Assembly (NCBI GenBank): GCA_041752695.1
Contig: JBGSVZ010000027.1
Coordinates: 32,001-96,000 of the forward strand
Reading direction: 5' to 3'
Length of the DNA stretch: 64,000 nucleotides
DNA from: Terrimicrobiaceae bacterium
GTDB lineage: Bacteria > Verrucomicrobiota > Verrucomicrobiia > Chthoniobacterales > Terrimicrobiaceae
The position numbers were made by a program, and so were the translations under genes. Below, in pieces: positions 63,343 through 64,000 of this stretch (within the stretch, counting starts at the first letter, position 1; every line of letters starts with the position of its first letter). Under the pieces are notes generated by a model. The model was not told the DNA's origin, made no database searches, and saw nothing but the letters and a program-made list of their open reading frames with translations.

Positions 63343-63780
63343 TTATTCGTGGATAAAAAACGCGTCCCCCGCCTCTGCACCGTCCTCCACCATCGGCACC
63401 TCGATGGCCAGCAGCGCATCCAGGGCCGCGTCAAACTCCTCTTGTTCGACCGGAAATTCGATATCGTTTTGCAGGACGGAAAACAGGCCCTCGTGAGATA
63501 CCCGCAGCTTGTCGATGTGGAGGAGCTGGTAGCGTTCGATCACCTCCACGATTCGGTAGGTCAGCAAGGAGGGGGCTTCGGCTTCTGTCACCCGCCAGAC
63601 AAAATGCTGCAGGTCCTCGCCCTCATCGCCCGAAAGGTCAACCACCTCGCTATCTGCCGCAAACCGGATCGCGCCCGTCACCGCATCCGCTTGCTCCACA
63701 TAGTCGACAATCTCCGCCGCGCCCAGCGCCCCAAGAAACGCCTCCAAAAATTGTCGTCGTGCCGAATTCATGCCCGCCAT
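63343..63780 (-). CDS. acidic hypothetical protein
   Basis: 145-aa ORF with protein-like composition; no family recognised. Confidence 0.55.
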   Translation of the reverse strand: MAGMNSARRQFLEAFLGALGAAEIVDYVEQADAVTGAIRFAADSEVVDLSGDEGEDLQHFVWRVTEAEAPSLLTYRIVEVIERYQLLHIDKLRVSHEGLFSVLQNDIEFPVEQEEFDAALDALLAIEVPMVEDGAEAGDAFFIHE

Positions 63781-63840
63781 TGAAGATCAGAAAGACCCGC
63801 TTTGGCCAATCTTGAGATTCCCGCGAGAGCGGGATTCCCT

Positions 63841-64000
63841 TCAGTCCCCTTTTGGCACCTTCCGCGGATGCGGCCGGTACCGCTTGAGTTCCCGCGGCAC
63901 TGCGGGCCGGGGCGGCCGGGCTTCCACCACCGGCTCCATCCTGGCAATGTCGCTTTGCCATCCGGGAATAATGGCCGCCATCTCCCGCTCAAAACGAATT
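63841..64000 (-). CDS. 3' end of unidentified CDS
   Basis: Open frame ...IRFEREMAAIIPGWQSDIARME...VPKGD* entering from the window edge. Confidence 0.35.
   Translation of the reverse strand, partial: IRFEREMAAIIPGWQSDIARMEPVVEARPPRPAVPRELKRYRPHPRKVPKGD

Overview
GC-rich bacterial chromosome segment, most likely Verrucomicrobiota (inferred from PEP-CTERM, H-X9-DG prepilin-like and autotransporter-repeat proteins). Left to right: divergent pstS/ppk2 with Pho-box-like sites; an arsenic operon (arsR-arsC-Cys-tailed protein-acr3-arsC); metK-ahcY; a ~16 kb glycan-related locus with no transporter (ADP-ribosylglycohydrolase-like gene, GntR/LacI regulator, PEP-CTERM protein, H-X9-DG prepilin, alginate-lyase-like protein, GH5-SGNH fusion, clan GH-A enzyme, and a convergent GH136-like beta-helix with an LnbY/SurA-like partner); coupled anSME and FGE sulfatase maturases; gltA; vapBC; glgB; pilin; ilvB; SLT; priA; AsmA-like; dksA-rpmG-rpsR; PDH operon; L,D-transpeptidase; cupin and ADH; amidohydrolase-fold plus Rieske ferredoxin with AraC; radical SAM; msrA; cdd; a candidate oriC with a perfect parS; an amino-acid ABC transporter interrupted by pcm and a candidate structured RNA; a class C beta-lactamase-fold protein with a repeat insert; a kinase-pseudokinase-Sel1 receptor; and Fic followed by a 70-bp-period motif array. 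Several REP-like palindrome families occur, one of them inside coding sequence. No rRNA, tRNA, CRISPR array or transposase was seen. All calls come from manual motif recognition; no database search was run.
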